Counted from the stretch's first letter, positions 1 through 6,510 are shown. The stretch is 11,174 nucleotides of DNA from an uncultured Deinococcales bacterium (GCA_964244895.1 CAXTKV010000177.1:1-11174), one strand, 5' to 3'. The notes: generated by a model from the sequence alone, not told the origin. Translations and numbers: made by a program.

Positions 1-577
1 CAACTTTTGTTAACAATGGGTATTTTTTGATTTCGATGCGCCAGCCCTGATCTTCGGTCAGGTGCCAGTGAAAGGTGTTCAGTTTGTGCAGGGCCATCAG
101 GTCGATCAGGCGTTTGACGAAGGCCAGCGGCATGAAGTGGCGGCAGGCGTCCAGGTGCAGCCCGCGCCACGCGAAACGCGGTGCGTCGCTGATGCGTGCG
201 CCCCGCGCGATCCAGTTCGCGCCGTCGGTCGGGCTCGAGTTGAAAATGTCAGGCGGGAACAACTGGCGCAACGATTGGGCGGCGTAGAACAGGCCCGCCG
301 CGCCACTCGAGCGCAAGCGTGCACCGCTCGAATCCACCTCGAGTTCGTAGCCTTCGGATCCCAGGTGCGCCAGGTCGGGCGCGATCTCGAGCGAGATGTG
401 CGGTTCGGGAACGGGCTTGGTCTGCACGGGCAACCCGAAGCCCGTCGCGGGTCGCAAAGCTTGCGCGAGCTTTGCGGCCTCGGCGCTCGCGCCCGCGTCG
501 GCGACGATCACCGTGTCCGCCAGAAGTGCGAACGAAGTCTCGAGCGCGGCGTACTGGATGGGCTGAGGAATGATCAC
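1..577 (-). CDS. Beta-N-acetylhexosaminidase (GH20), 5' part; truncated by the window edge
   Basis: Own translation from GTG at 577: MIIPQPIQYAALETSFALLADTVIV...GSEGYELEV...GLFYAAQSLRQL...ISDAPRFAWRGLHLDACRHFMPLAFVKRLIDLMALHKLNTFHWHLTEDQGWRIEIKKYPLLTKV. This has the GH20b N-domain plus the DxPRFxWRG, LDxxRHF and HWHLTxDQGWR motifs of GH20. Purine-rich AGAAAGAG lies upstream. Confidence 0.95.
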   Translation of the reverse strand, partial: MIIPQPIQYAALETSFALLADTVIVADAGASAEAAKLAQALRPATGFGLPVQTKPVPEPHISLEIAPDLAHLGSEGYELEVDSSGARLRSSGAAGLFYAAQSLRQLFPPDIFNSSPTDGANWIARGARISDAPRFAWRGLHLDACRHFMPLAFVKRLIDLMALHKLNTFHWHLTEDQGWRIEIKKYPLLTKV

Positions 578-620
578 GACTCTTTCTAACACTGCGCGCG
601 TTTTGGCATCGTTTCTTCAG

Positions 621-670
621 AGAACACCGTCCAGCACGCAAGATTAGAACTGCGTGCTGGACGGTGTTCT
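621..670. repeat. REP-like hairpin, family copy 1 (perfect 20-bp arms, 10-nt loop)
   Basis: AGAACACCGTCCAGCACGCA-agattagaac-TGCGTGCTGGACGGTGTTCT, just downstream of the 678..1349 stop codon. Confidence 0.9.
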
Positions 671-677
671 TGAGTCG

Positions 678-1349
678 TTACCGCGCGTGATCCAACAACG
701 CTTGCCCGTAGCGTTCGACCTGGTCGGGTTCCAGGATCGACCGCAGGTTCTCGAGCGTCGTCGGGCGCTCTCGGGCGATGCGTTCGAGTTGATCGTTGCG
801 GATCACGTCGGTCGCCATGCGCTGCTCCTGGCCGGCCTGTTGCGTGCGCCACGCGGCCAGGTGATCGAAGCGGATGCGGATCGCGTCGTCATCCTGAGGT
901 GCGACCACGGCTGGTCTGGGGCTGCCCTGGCGTCCACGGTTGAGCAGGTACAACCCGCCTGCGATCAAGAGGGCCGTGAACAACCAGGCGTTCTGTGAGA
1001 TCAGCACCATGCCCGCGATCACGCTCAGTGCGCCCGCAGGCCACAGCGCCCAGGCGTGAACCCGAGGCTCGAGGACGGTGATCAGGTAAAATCCGCCCGC
1101 CAGTCCCAGCAAGAAAATGCCATCGAAGGGCGTGATGTTTTCCAGCAGAATTCCGGTCGCCACGCCCGCCAGCACGCCTCCGGGAACGGCCAGGCCGGGT
1201 TCGTGGCGCGCCCGGTGACCGTACAGGAACACGGCGGCGATCGCGCCGACCCACAGCCATCCGGCATCCGCACCGGAGAGGTTGTTCAGCAGCAAGAGCG
1301 CGCCGAAGGCGAGCAGCATCAGGCCAACTTGTCGGTCTCTGGTGGTCAT
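678..1349 (-). CDS. Multi-pass membrane protein (LiaF/LiaI-like TM region) with a C-terminal HRDC-like domain
   Basis: About 6 hydrophobic Gly/Trp-rich segments in aa 1-135. The C-terminus FDHLAAWRTQQA..VIRNDQLERIARERPTTLENLRSI..VERYGQALL follows the HRDC pattern. GAGGAGG RBS at 1364-1358. Confidence 0.8.
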   Translation of the reverse strand: MTTRDRQVGLMLLAFGALLLLNNLSGADAGWLWVGAIAAVFLYGHRARHEPGLAVPGGVLAGVATGILLENITPFDGIFLLGLAGGFYLITVLEPRVHAWALWPAGALSVIAGMVLISQNAWLFTALLIAGGLYLLNRGRQGSPRPAVVAPQDDDAIRIRFDHLAAWRTQQAGQEQRMATDVIRNDQLERIARERPTTLENLRSILEPDQVERYGQALLDHAR

Positions 1350-1380
1350 GGGTAGAACCTCCTCGGGTGTCTCGAGGTGG

Positions 1381-1408
1381 TTTACGAGATGGAATCCGGT
1401 TCAGTTCC
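1381..1408 (-). promoter_or_regulatory. Putative ECF-sigma promoter (GGAACT-N16-CGTAAA) for the membrane-HRDC gene
   Basis: On the minus strand, GGAACT (1408-1403), a 16-nt spacer, then CGTAAA (1386-1381), about 30 nt above the ATG. Matches the generic ECF AAC...CGT pattern. Confidence 0.5.
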
Positions 1409-1484
1409 CGTAAAGGAATCTGGTTCGGTGCCCGTGAAGGAATCCGGTTCGGTGCCCGTGAAGGAATCCGGTTCGGTTCCGTGG
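1391..1484. repeat. 24-bp tandem repeat, about 3.9 copies
   Basis: GGAATCCGGTTCAGTTCCCGTAAA / GGAATCTGGTTCGGTGCCCGTGAA / GGAATCCGGTTCGGTGCCCGTGAA / GGAATCCGGTTCGGTTCCGTGG. Confidence 0.95.
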
Positions 1485-1739
1485 TTTTTGCGTTCCAGAC
1501 CGGAAAATTCTCAACCACAAGATGTTGGGGGTCGGTACCTTAAGCCCACAAGTGTTTCGGTCGGAGCGGAATCTTGTGGGTTATTCCATGAGAACTTTCA
1601 CTTTTGCCTTGGTACTTCTCTCATTTCAAAAAACCCGTATCAGACGAATTGAATAACCTTTTATCCTCATTTTAGATAAAGCCATCAACGCTCAAACATG
1701 AGTCTTCGAATCGGGGTTTGTCATTTTACACTCAGACTG

Positions 1740-1879
1740 AACGCCTAACCTTCAACGAGTTAAGGGGCGCTTGACACGTGCGAAACACGGCCCCCTTTCC
1801 CCGATCCGTTCCCTCGCGGATCAAAGGTGCGACCGAGACGAGCGCAACGTCTCGAGTCCACTGCACGAGGAGGCGAGTC
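1740..1879 (+). promoter_or_regulatory. Structured 5' leader (candidate cis-regulatory RNA) of the 3D-domain gene
   Basis: TACACT -10-like hexamer at 1727-1732, then four stem-loops, some mutually exclusive, ending immediately before the GAGGAGG RBS (1867-1873). Confidence 0.45.
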
Positions 1880-2617
1880 ATGAGCATCGGCGCTTACGCC
1901 CGAGCGAGCCTGGTGGTGATGGTTGCCCTGGTCTCGAACGCATTTGCAGGTTCCGAATCGGATTTCGATTCGGTCTTCCCGGACGGTACGATCCTTCCTT
2001 CCGCCCTCGTTCTGCCCGCCGCTGAACCGTATCAGGCGGACACCCAAACCGCGACCAGAGCGGTCGCGCCAAAGCCGGTCGCTTCCAAGGTGGTCGCGCC
2101 CAAAGCGAACCTTCCCAAGACGGCCACCAAAGCCTCACCCCGTCCTGCTCAGAGCATGAGTCCCGCTCAGAGCGTGACCGGTGCGAAGGCGACCACCAAA
2201 GCTGCTGCGACCCGCTCGAGCAACCAGACGGCGGCGCAACGCCCCAGCGCCCAACGCGCCATCCGCACGCTGACGGTCAGATCGACCGGGTACAACTCGC
2301 TCAGCGCCCAGACGGATCGCACGCCGCACGTCACGGCCACCGGAGCCCGCACGCGCTTCGGCATCATCGCCGTCTCGCGCGATTTGCTGCGCACCATCCC
2401 TTACGGCTCGCGGGTTCGCCTGGAGGACATGGGTTCGTGGTCTGGTGGCGGTCGCGGCAAGTACGACGCGATGCTGTCCGAGATGGTGTTCGTCGTCGAG
2501 GACACGATGCACCCGCGCAAGTCCGGCACGATCGACGTCTGGTTCCCCGCTCGCCGTCAAGCGATCCAGTGGGGCGTGCGCCGTCTGAAAGTCACGGTTT
2601 TACAACTCGGTCGCTGA
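1880..2617 (+). CDS. Secreted 3D-domain (MltA-like double-psi barrel) cell-wall protein
   Basis: ATG 1880 follows GAGGAGG, preferred over the ORF-track start at 1778. Signal peptide (…VSNAFA), Ala/Pro/Lys/Thr linker, and a C-terminal domain STGYNS…QTD…TATG…IIAVSRDLL…PYGS…VEDTM…TIDVWF…AIQWG typical of 3D domains. Confidence 0.9.
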   Translation: MSIGAYARASLVVMVALVSNAFAGSESDFDSVFPDGTILPSALVLPAAEPYQADTQTATRAVAPKPVASKVVAPKANLPKTATKASPRPAQSMSPAQSVTGAKATTKAAATRSSNQTAAQRPSAQRAIRTLTVRSTGYNSLSAQTDRTPHVTATGARTRFGIIAVSRDLLRTIPYGSRVRLEDMGSWSGGGRGKYDAMLSEMVFVVEDTMHPRKSGTIDVWFPARRQAIQWGVRRLKVTVLQLGR

Positions 2618-2631
2618 GGGGCGAACAGTTC

Positions 2632-2662
2632 AGGCTCGAGGAAGAATCCTCGAGCCTTTTTT
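2632..2662 (+). terminator. Intrinsic terminator of the 3D gene
   Basis: AGGCTCGAGGA-agaa-TCCTCGAGCCT followed by a T run, 14 nt after the stop. Each arm contains CTCGAG. Confidence 0.85.
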
Positions 2663-2702
2663 GGTGCCGACTGGGACTCGAGCTTCACGCGGTTGGATCG
2701 GT

Positions 2703-2870
2703 CTACGAGGGTTTGGCTTGCGGCAGCACGAAGCTCGCGCCGCCCGCGATCACACCGAGCACGGCGATAATTTCGCCGATGCGGTGGTGACCGATCAGGT
2801 ACGCGATCACGCCGAGCACGATCAGCGCGACTCCGGCGATCAGGGCGAGGCTTTTGGTGGACTGGTTCAT
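2703..2870 (-). CDS. Small (55 aa) two-TM membrane protein, unknown function
   Basis: MNQSTKSLALIAGVALIVLGVIAYLIGHHRIGEIIAVLGVIAGGASFVLPQAKPS. GGAGGT RBS at 2880-2875 and GC3-rich codons. It is the real C-terminal part of the spurious 2703..3554 ORF. Confidence 0.8.
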   Translation of the reverse strand: MNQSTKSLALIAGVALIVLGVIAYLIGHHRIGEIIAVLGVIAGGASFVLPQAKPS

Positions 2871-3014
2871 CGTGACCTCCTCGACTCGAGCCTGCGCGGA
2901 CGACGTGGAACCCACATGAAGCGCCCCGAATGGTGTTCCGTGCTCGAGCAAGATCTTCGAGCTCGAGCGAGCAGGTGGCCGTCGGATGCGGTCTTTGCGT
3001 GGGTCAACCCTCGA

Positions 3015-3062
3015 GAACACCGTCCGGGACGCGAATCCTGAAACGCGTCCCGGACGGTGTTC
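3015..3062. repeat. REP-like hairpin, family copy 2 (perfect 19-bp arms, 10-nt loop)
   Basis: GAACACCGTCCGGGACGCG-aatcctgaaa-CGCGTCCCGGACGGTGTTC. Confidence 0.9.
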
Positions 3063-3252
3063 CATCGAAGCGCCATGATCGCTCGAGCAATCCTGGTGCA
3101 GGCACGTCACGGCCATTCGTGCAGGCGCGATCTCTCGAGCATTCCGCCAGAGGCACAGGAGTTGCTCGAAATTCACGCTGGACTTTCGCAGGCGATCCAT
3201 TCCCTGACCACCCAACGGTGCGCTCGCGCCCGTTGTCCCGAAGGGCGCAGGG

Positions 3253-3258
3253 TACGAT
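3253..3258 (+). promoter_or_regulatory. -10 box of a leaderless transcript (TACGAT-N6-GTG)
   Basis: TANNNT hexamer exactly 6 nt before GTG 3265, with no SD sequence. Confidence 0.7.
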
Positions 3259-3264
3259 TCGCGT

Positions 3265-4479
3265 GTGCCCCGATTGTCCGTCTTGCTGGCCCTGGCGCAC
3301 CTGCGCCGCCGCCGAACGCAGAACATCCTGTCCGTGCTGGGCGTGGCCATCGGCGTGATGGTGCTGACGACCGCGCTGTCGTTGACGAATGGTTTCGTGA
3401 AAGCCCTGATCGAGACGACCATCAAGGCCCTGCCGCACCTGGACGTGCGCTCCTGGGACGCGCTCTCGGGCGGTGGCAACCGCGACGCGAAGCTCGAGGA
3501 GCACCTGACGCGAGACCCGGAAGTGGTCGGCTGGAGCCCGTACACGATCACCAAGGGCCTGGTGATCCGGCGGGGTTCCAGCCTGCGTTCGGCGGATCTG
3601 GATTTCGTGACGGTCTACGGCGTCGATCCGCCGCGCGAGGCCAAAGCCCTCGGTTTGAGCGCCGACGAAAAGCGCACGCTCGGCACGCTGCCCGAAGACG
3701 GCATCATGCTGGGCGAGGAACTGGCGCGATCCATCGGCGCGTTCCGGGGTGACACGGTGTTTTTGCTGGTGCCGACCGCACAGACCGCCTCGAGCCTGGA
3801 CATTTCCAGCGCGCGCCGCAAAGCCTTCAAGGTCTGGGGCACGTACCGCACGGGCAACGCGCTGATCGATTCCGCGATCGCGTTCGTGCCGCTCCTGGCC
3901 CTGCAGCAACTGACCGGTCTGAGCGGCAAGATCATCGGCTACCACGTCAAGCTGACCGATCCGGAACGCGCCGAAACCTACGGCTACGATCTGGTCAAGA
4001 CCTTCACGAATTTTGATCCGAAACCCTGGCAGCAGATCAACCGCACGCTGATCGAGCAGATGCAGCTTCAGCGCGGCATCATCGCGGTGGTACTGTTGTT
4101 GATCGTGATCGTGGCGGCCTTCGGGATCGTCAACGTGCTGGTCTTGACGGTCTTTGAAAAAACCCCGGAGATCGCCATTCTGCGCGCCATGGGCGCGAGC
4201 GCCCGATCGATTCAGGGCGTGTTCCTGATCGAAGGGTTGATCCTGGGCGGCGTCGGTCTGGTGCTGGGCAACCTGTTGGGTTTCGGGTTGAGCTACTACT
4301 TTCACGTCCGACCGTTCCCGTTGCCGGGCAGCCTGTATTTCATCACCGCCCTGCCCGTCGAGATTCGCGCCACGGATTTCTTGTGGGTCAGCGCCGCGTC
4401 GTTGGTCACGACCGTGCTGGCGGCTCTGATACCGGCCCGCCGCGCTGCAGGAATAGAACCCGCGCGAATCATTCGTTGA
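3265..4479 (+). CDS. ABC transporter permease, LolC/LolE (MacB-PCD + FtsX) family, probable lipoprotein-release subunit
   Basis: N-terminal TM SVLGVAIGVMVLTTALSLTNGF, periplasmic domain with GIMLGEELA, C-terminal IVAAFGIVNVLVLTVFEKTPEIAILRAMGAS, YFITALP, and PARRAAGIEPARIIR. Confidence 0.92.
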   Translation: MPRLSVLLALAHLRRRRTQNILSVLGVAIGVMVLTTALSLTNGFVKALIETTIKALPHLDVRSWDALSGGGNRDAKLEEHLTRDPEVVGWSPYTITKGLVIRRGSSLRSADLDFVTVYGVDPPREAKALGLSADEKRTLGTLPEDGIMLGEELARSIGAFRGDTVFLLVPTAQTASSLDISSARRKAFKVWGTYRTGNALIDSAIAFVPLLALQQLTGLSGKIIGYHVKLTDPERAETYGYDLVKTFTNFDPKPWQQINRTLIEQMQLQRGIIAVVLLLIVIVAAFGIVNVLVLTVFEKTPEIAILRAMGASARSIQGVFLIEGLILGGVGLVLGNLLGFGLSYYFHVRPFPLPGSLYFITALPVEIRATDFLWVSAASLVTTVLAALIPARRAAGIEPARIIR

Positions 4480-4480
4480 A

Positions 4481-4584
4481 TAGACCTCCTGCAAAAGGGG
4501 TCGAACACGTCTCGAGGGCAGGGTAACCCTTGTGGTTGCCCTCGCGTCAACGCGTTCTGGGGACTGACTTTCGCAAGAGGTTCA
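4481..4584. repeat. Imperfect inverted-repeat element (MITE/REP-like) with an inner hairpin
   Basis: GACCTCCTGCAAAAG (4483-4497) versus CTTTCGCAAGAGGTT (4568-4582), 12/15 complementary. Inner hairpin GGGTAACC-cttgt-GGTTGCCC (4521-4541). Confidence 0.45.
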
Positions 4585-4920
4585 ATCGGTTCGAGCCGAC
4601 CGGGTTTCTCGAGGCTGCGTCGGTTGCCAATCCTCGTTGCTCGAGACTGCGGCGCTCGGATCGGATTTTGCGAGCCAATTCGGACTCGAGACAGGCAAAA
4701 ACGTGTGGAATTTTCGACAAACGCGGCCCGAGTGGAATGTCTGGTGCGCTTTCGGTTGAAATTCGAGGCGCGTGATGCGGTTCGAGGGCGCGTTTGAGGA
4801 GCGCCCTAATCAACTGAAAACACTGTCCAGAACGCGATTCTTGAGGCTCGTGGGGCAAATGTAATGTTTGATGAAGAAAAACCTGCATCAACTTCAAGAG
4901 TTTTGTCAGAGTTGTCTCGT

Positions 4921-4926
4921 TACACT
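4921..4926 (+). promoter_or_regulatory. -10 box of a leaderless transcript (TACACT-N6-GTG)
   Basis: TACACT 6 nt before the in-frame GTG at 4933. Confidence 0.7.
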
Positions 4927-4932
4927 CGAGGC

Positions 4933-5292
4933 GTGAAGAGAAACCAGGATCACGTAGAAGCCACGTTGCGCGTCATCGGTCGTAAAGGAACGCTCATGAT
5001 CCTTCAGGATCTCCTGTCGGGCCCCAAGCGTTTTACCGCGCTCGAACGATCGCTCGGCGTCAGTCCCCGAACCCTCTCGGAGCGCCTCAAGGAACTCGAA
5101 GATCAGTTCATCGTCGAGCGCAAGGCGTTCGCGGAAGTTCCGCCGCGCGTCGAGTATACCCTGACCGCCAAAGGTCACGCGCTGACGCCGCTGATTCAGG
5201 CCGTGCGCGACTGGGAGCACTCGTGGGACGAAGGCACGCTCAAGCCCGTTCCCGCCGTCAAGCAGCAAGAACGCGAACTCGTCCCGGCCTGA
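4933..5292 (+). CDS. HxlR/DUF24 family winged-helix transcriptional regulator
   Basis: VEATLRVIG…ILQDLLSGPKRFTALERSLGVSPRTLSERLKELE…IVERKAFAEVPPRVEYTLTAKG is the HxlR signature. Start placed at GTG 4933 (leaderless) rather than 4864. Confidence 0.93.
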   Translation: MKRNQDHVEATLRVIGRKGTLMILQDLLSGPKRFTALERSLGVSPRTLSERLKELEDQFIVERKAFAEVPPRVEYTLTAKGHALTPLIQAVRDWEHSWDEGTLKPVPAVKQQERELVPA

Positions 5293-5388
5293 GGAACCGC
5301 ACGCGTTTTTCGACCTCAGGAACTCTCGGCTACTTTGGTGTAAAGCAATCCTGCACGATCCCTCCCGATCATTCTGTGTTGCACTATC

Positions 5389-5413
5389 TGACCGCTCCAT
5401 ATTGGAGCGGTCA
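5389..5413. other. Perfect 11-bp inverted repeat (hairpin or operator)
   Basis: TGACCGCTCCA-tat-TGGAGCGGTCA, with no clear U-tract. Confidence 0.6.
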
Positions 5414-5513
5414 AATTCTGCGGGCTGAAACACCGATTCATCCACGCGCCGGAACGCCGATACAGACGGTGTTCTTTGCAGTCACGCTGACCGTCTGGCG
5501 GGTTGCGCTCCGG

Positions 5514-5519
5514 TATGCT
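5514..5519 (+). promoter_or_regulatory. -10 box of a leaderless transcript (TATGCT-N6-GTG)
   Basis: TATGCT 6 nt before the in-frame GTG at 5526. Confidence 0.7.
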
Positions 5520-5525
5520 CGGGCT

Positions 5526-6404
5526 GTGAAGGTCGCGTGGTTGATGCTCGATGGTGTCGGGATCGCCGCGCACGGCGCATCCAACCCGTTCACCGATCAA
5601 AAAACGCCCGCGCTGGACGCCCTGGGCATCTCGAGGCCCGCGCACAGGCTCGAGCCCGAGTTCGTGGCCCGACCGATCGACGCGCGGCTCGGCGTGCTGG
5701 GATTGCCGCAATCCGGCACGGGCCAGACGACGCTCCTGACGGGCGTCAACGCCGCCGCGCGGCTCGGCTACCATCACGGGCCGTGGCCGGGGCCGACGCT
5801 CAAACCGCTCCTCGAGCAATCCGTGCCGGTGCGGTTGGCGCGGGCCGGGAAGACCGTCGAGCTGGCCAACCTCTACCCAGCGCGCTACCTCGAGGCGATT
5901 GAGTCCGGTCAGCGCCGATTGAACGCGATCGCGCTTTCCGCCACGCTGGCGGGCGCAACCCTGGAACCGGACGGCATTCCGCCACCTTTCGGGCAGCCCG
6001 ACGATCCCGGCGGCGTTCCGCTTCAGATGGTGCGCGATTGGGGGCGCGACTTCGTGCGCGGTCAGATTCCGCCCGGTGATGCCGACCTGGTGATCTTCGA
6101 TAGCTGGTGGAGCGATCACGTCGGGCACGCCATGGACATGCCTCTGGCGCGGGATCATGTCGTGCGGCTCGAGGCGTTCTGCGCGGGGGTTCTGGAGAAC
6201 CGTACACCCGACACGCTGTTCGTGGTCACGTCCGACCACGGCAATTTCGAGGATCAGTCCATCAAGACGCACACGATGGCCGATGTGCCCTTCGCCGCCG
6301 TCGGAGCGGGCGCGCAAGCGTTTTCTGGCGTCACGGATCTGACCGGGGTCGCGCCCGCGCTCGCGCAGTTCTTTGGGCTCGAGCACATGAAAAGCACCGT
6401 CTAG
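5526..6404 (+). CDS. Metalloenzyme of the alkaline phosphatase superfamily (cofactor-independent phosphoglycerate mutase/phosphopentomutase-like)
   Basis: Motifs LMLDGVG, LPQSGTGQTTLLTG (Ser nucleophile), SDHVGH, VTSDHGNFED, HT..VP. Start at GTG 5526; the 5223 extension is non-coding in character. Confidence 0.85.
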   Translation: MKVAWLMLDGVGIAAHGASNPFTDQKTPALDALGISRPAHRLEPEFVARPIDARLGVLGLPQSGTGQTTLLTGVNAAARLGYHHGPWPGPTLKPLLEQSVPVRLARAGKTVELANLYPARYLEAIESGQRRLNAIALSATLAGATLEPDGIPPPFGQPDDPGGVPLQMVRDWGRDFVRGQIPPGDADLVIFDSWWSDHVGHAMDMPLARDHVVRLEAFCAGVLENRTPDTLFVVTSDHGNFEDQSIKTHTMADVPFAAVGAGAQAFSGVTDLTGVAPALAQFFGLEHMKSTV

Positions 6405-6440
6405 CACGTGAATTTCAGAATGTGTGCTGGACGGTGTTTT
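6391..6440. repeat. REP-like hairpin, family copy 3 (20-bp arms with G-U pairs, 10-nt loop), overlapping a stop codon
   Basis: AAAGCACCGTCTAGCACGTG-aatttcagaa-TGTGTGCTGGACGGTGTTTT. The TAG at 6402-6404 inside the arm ends the metalloenzyme ORF. Confidence 0.85.
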
Positions 6441-6510
6441 TGCGCAGTGATCTCGAATGAGTGCGAGCGTACCGGATCGGCTCGAAAACCCGGCGGGGCT
6501 CGAGTTCTCC

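Noticed and set aside
62..589. Plus-strand ORF of 175 aa and the other short ORFs here
   Set aside because: Antisense or alternate-frame shadows of the GH20 gene, which occupies an edge-open minus frame.
1391..1484. CRISPR array
   Set aside because: Units are head-to-tail with no unique spacers, and there are no cas genes.
889..1652. ORFs 889..1518 (-) and 1377..1652 (+) with PNRIPSRA / ESGSVPVK repeats
   Set aside because: The peptide periodicity simply reflects the 24-bp DNA repeat. There is no RBS, one ORF overlaps a real gene, and the other runs through AT-rich promoter DNA.
1771..1800. TTGACA as the -35 of the 3D gene promoter
   Set aside because: No -10-like hexamer 16-19 nt downstream; TACACT at 1727 is the better candidate.
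2060..2180. 15-bp and 18-bp coding repeats (AVAPK/PVASK/VVAPK; PAQSMS/PAQSVT)
   Set aside because: Ordinary low-complexity linker in a cell-wall protein.
3265..4479. LolC/E permease with no adjacent LolD ATPase as a novel system
   Set aside because: Unlinked ATPase partners are common; the ATPase is probably elsewhere in the genome.
3004..4494. Long antisense ORFs (496 aa here; also 5316..6407, 7210..8436, 8361..9302, 10228..10866)
   Set aside because: Typical stop-poor reverse frames of high-GC genes, with no recognisable motifs.
4530..4897. ORFs 4530..4775 (+) and 4547..4897 (-)
   Set aside because: Atypical codon usage, no RBS or motif, and they cross repeat-derived sequence.
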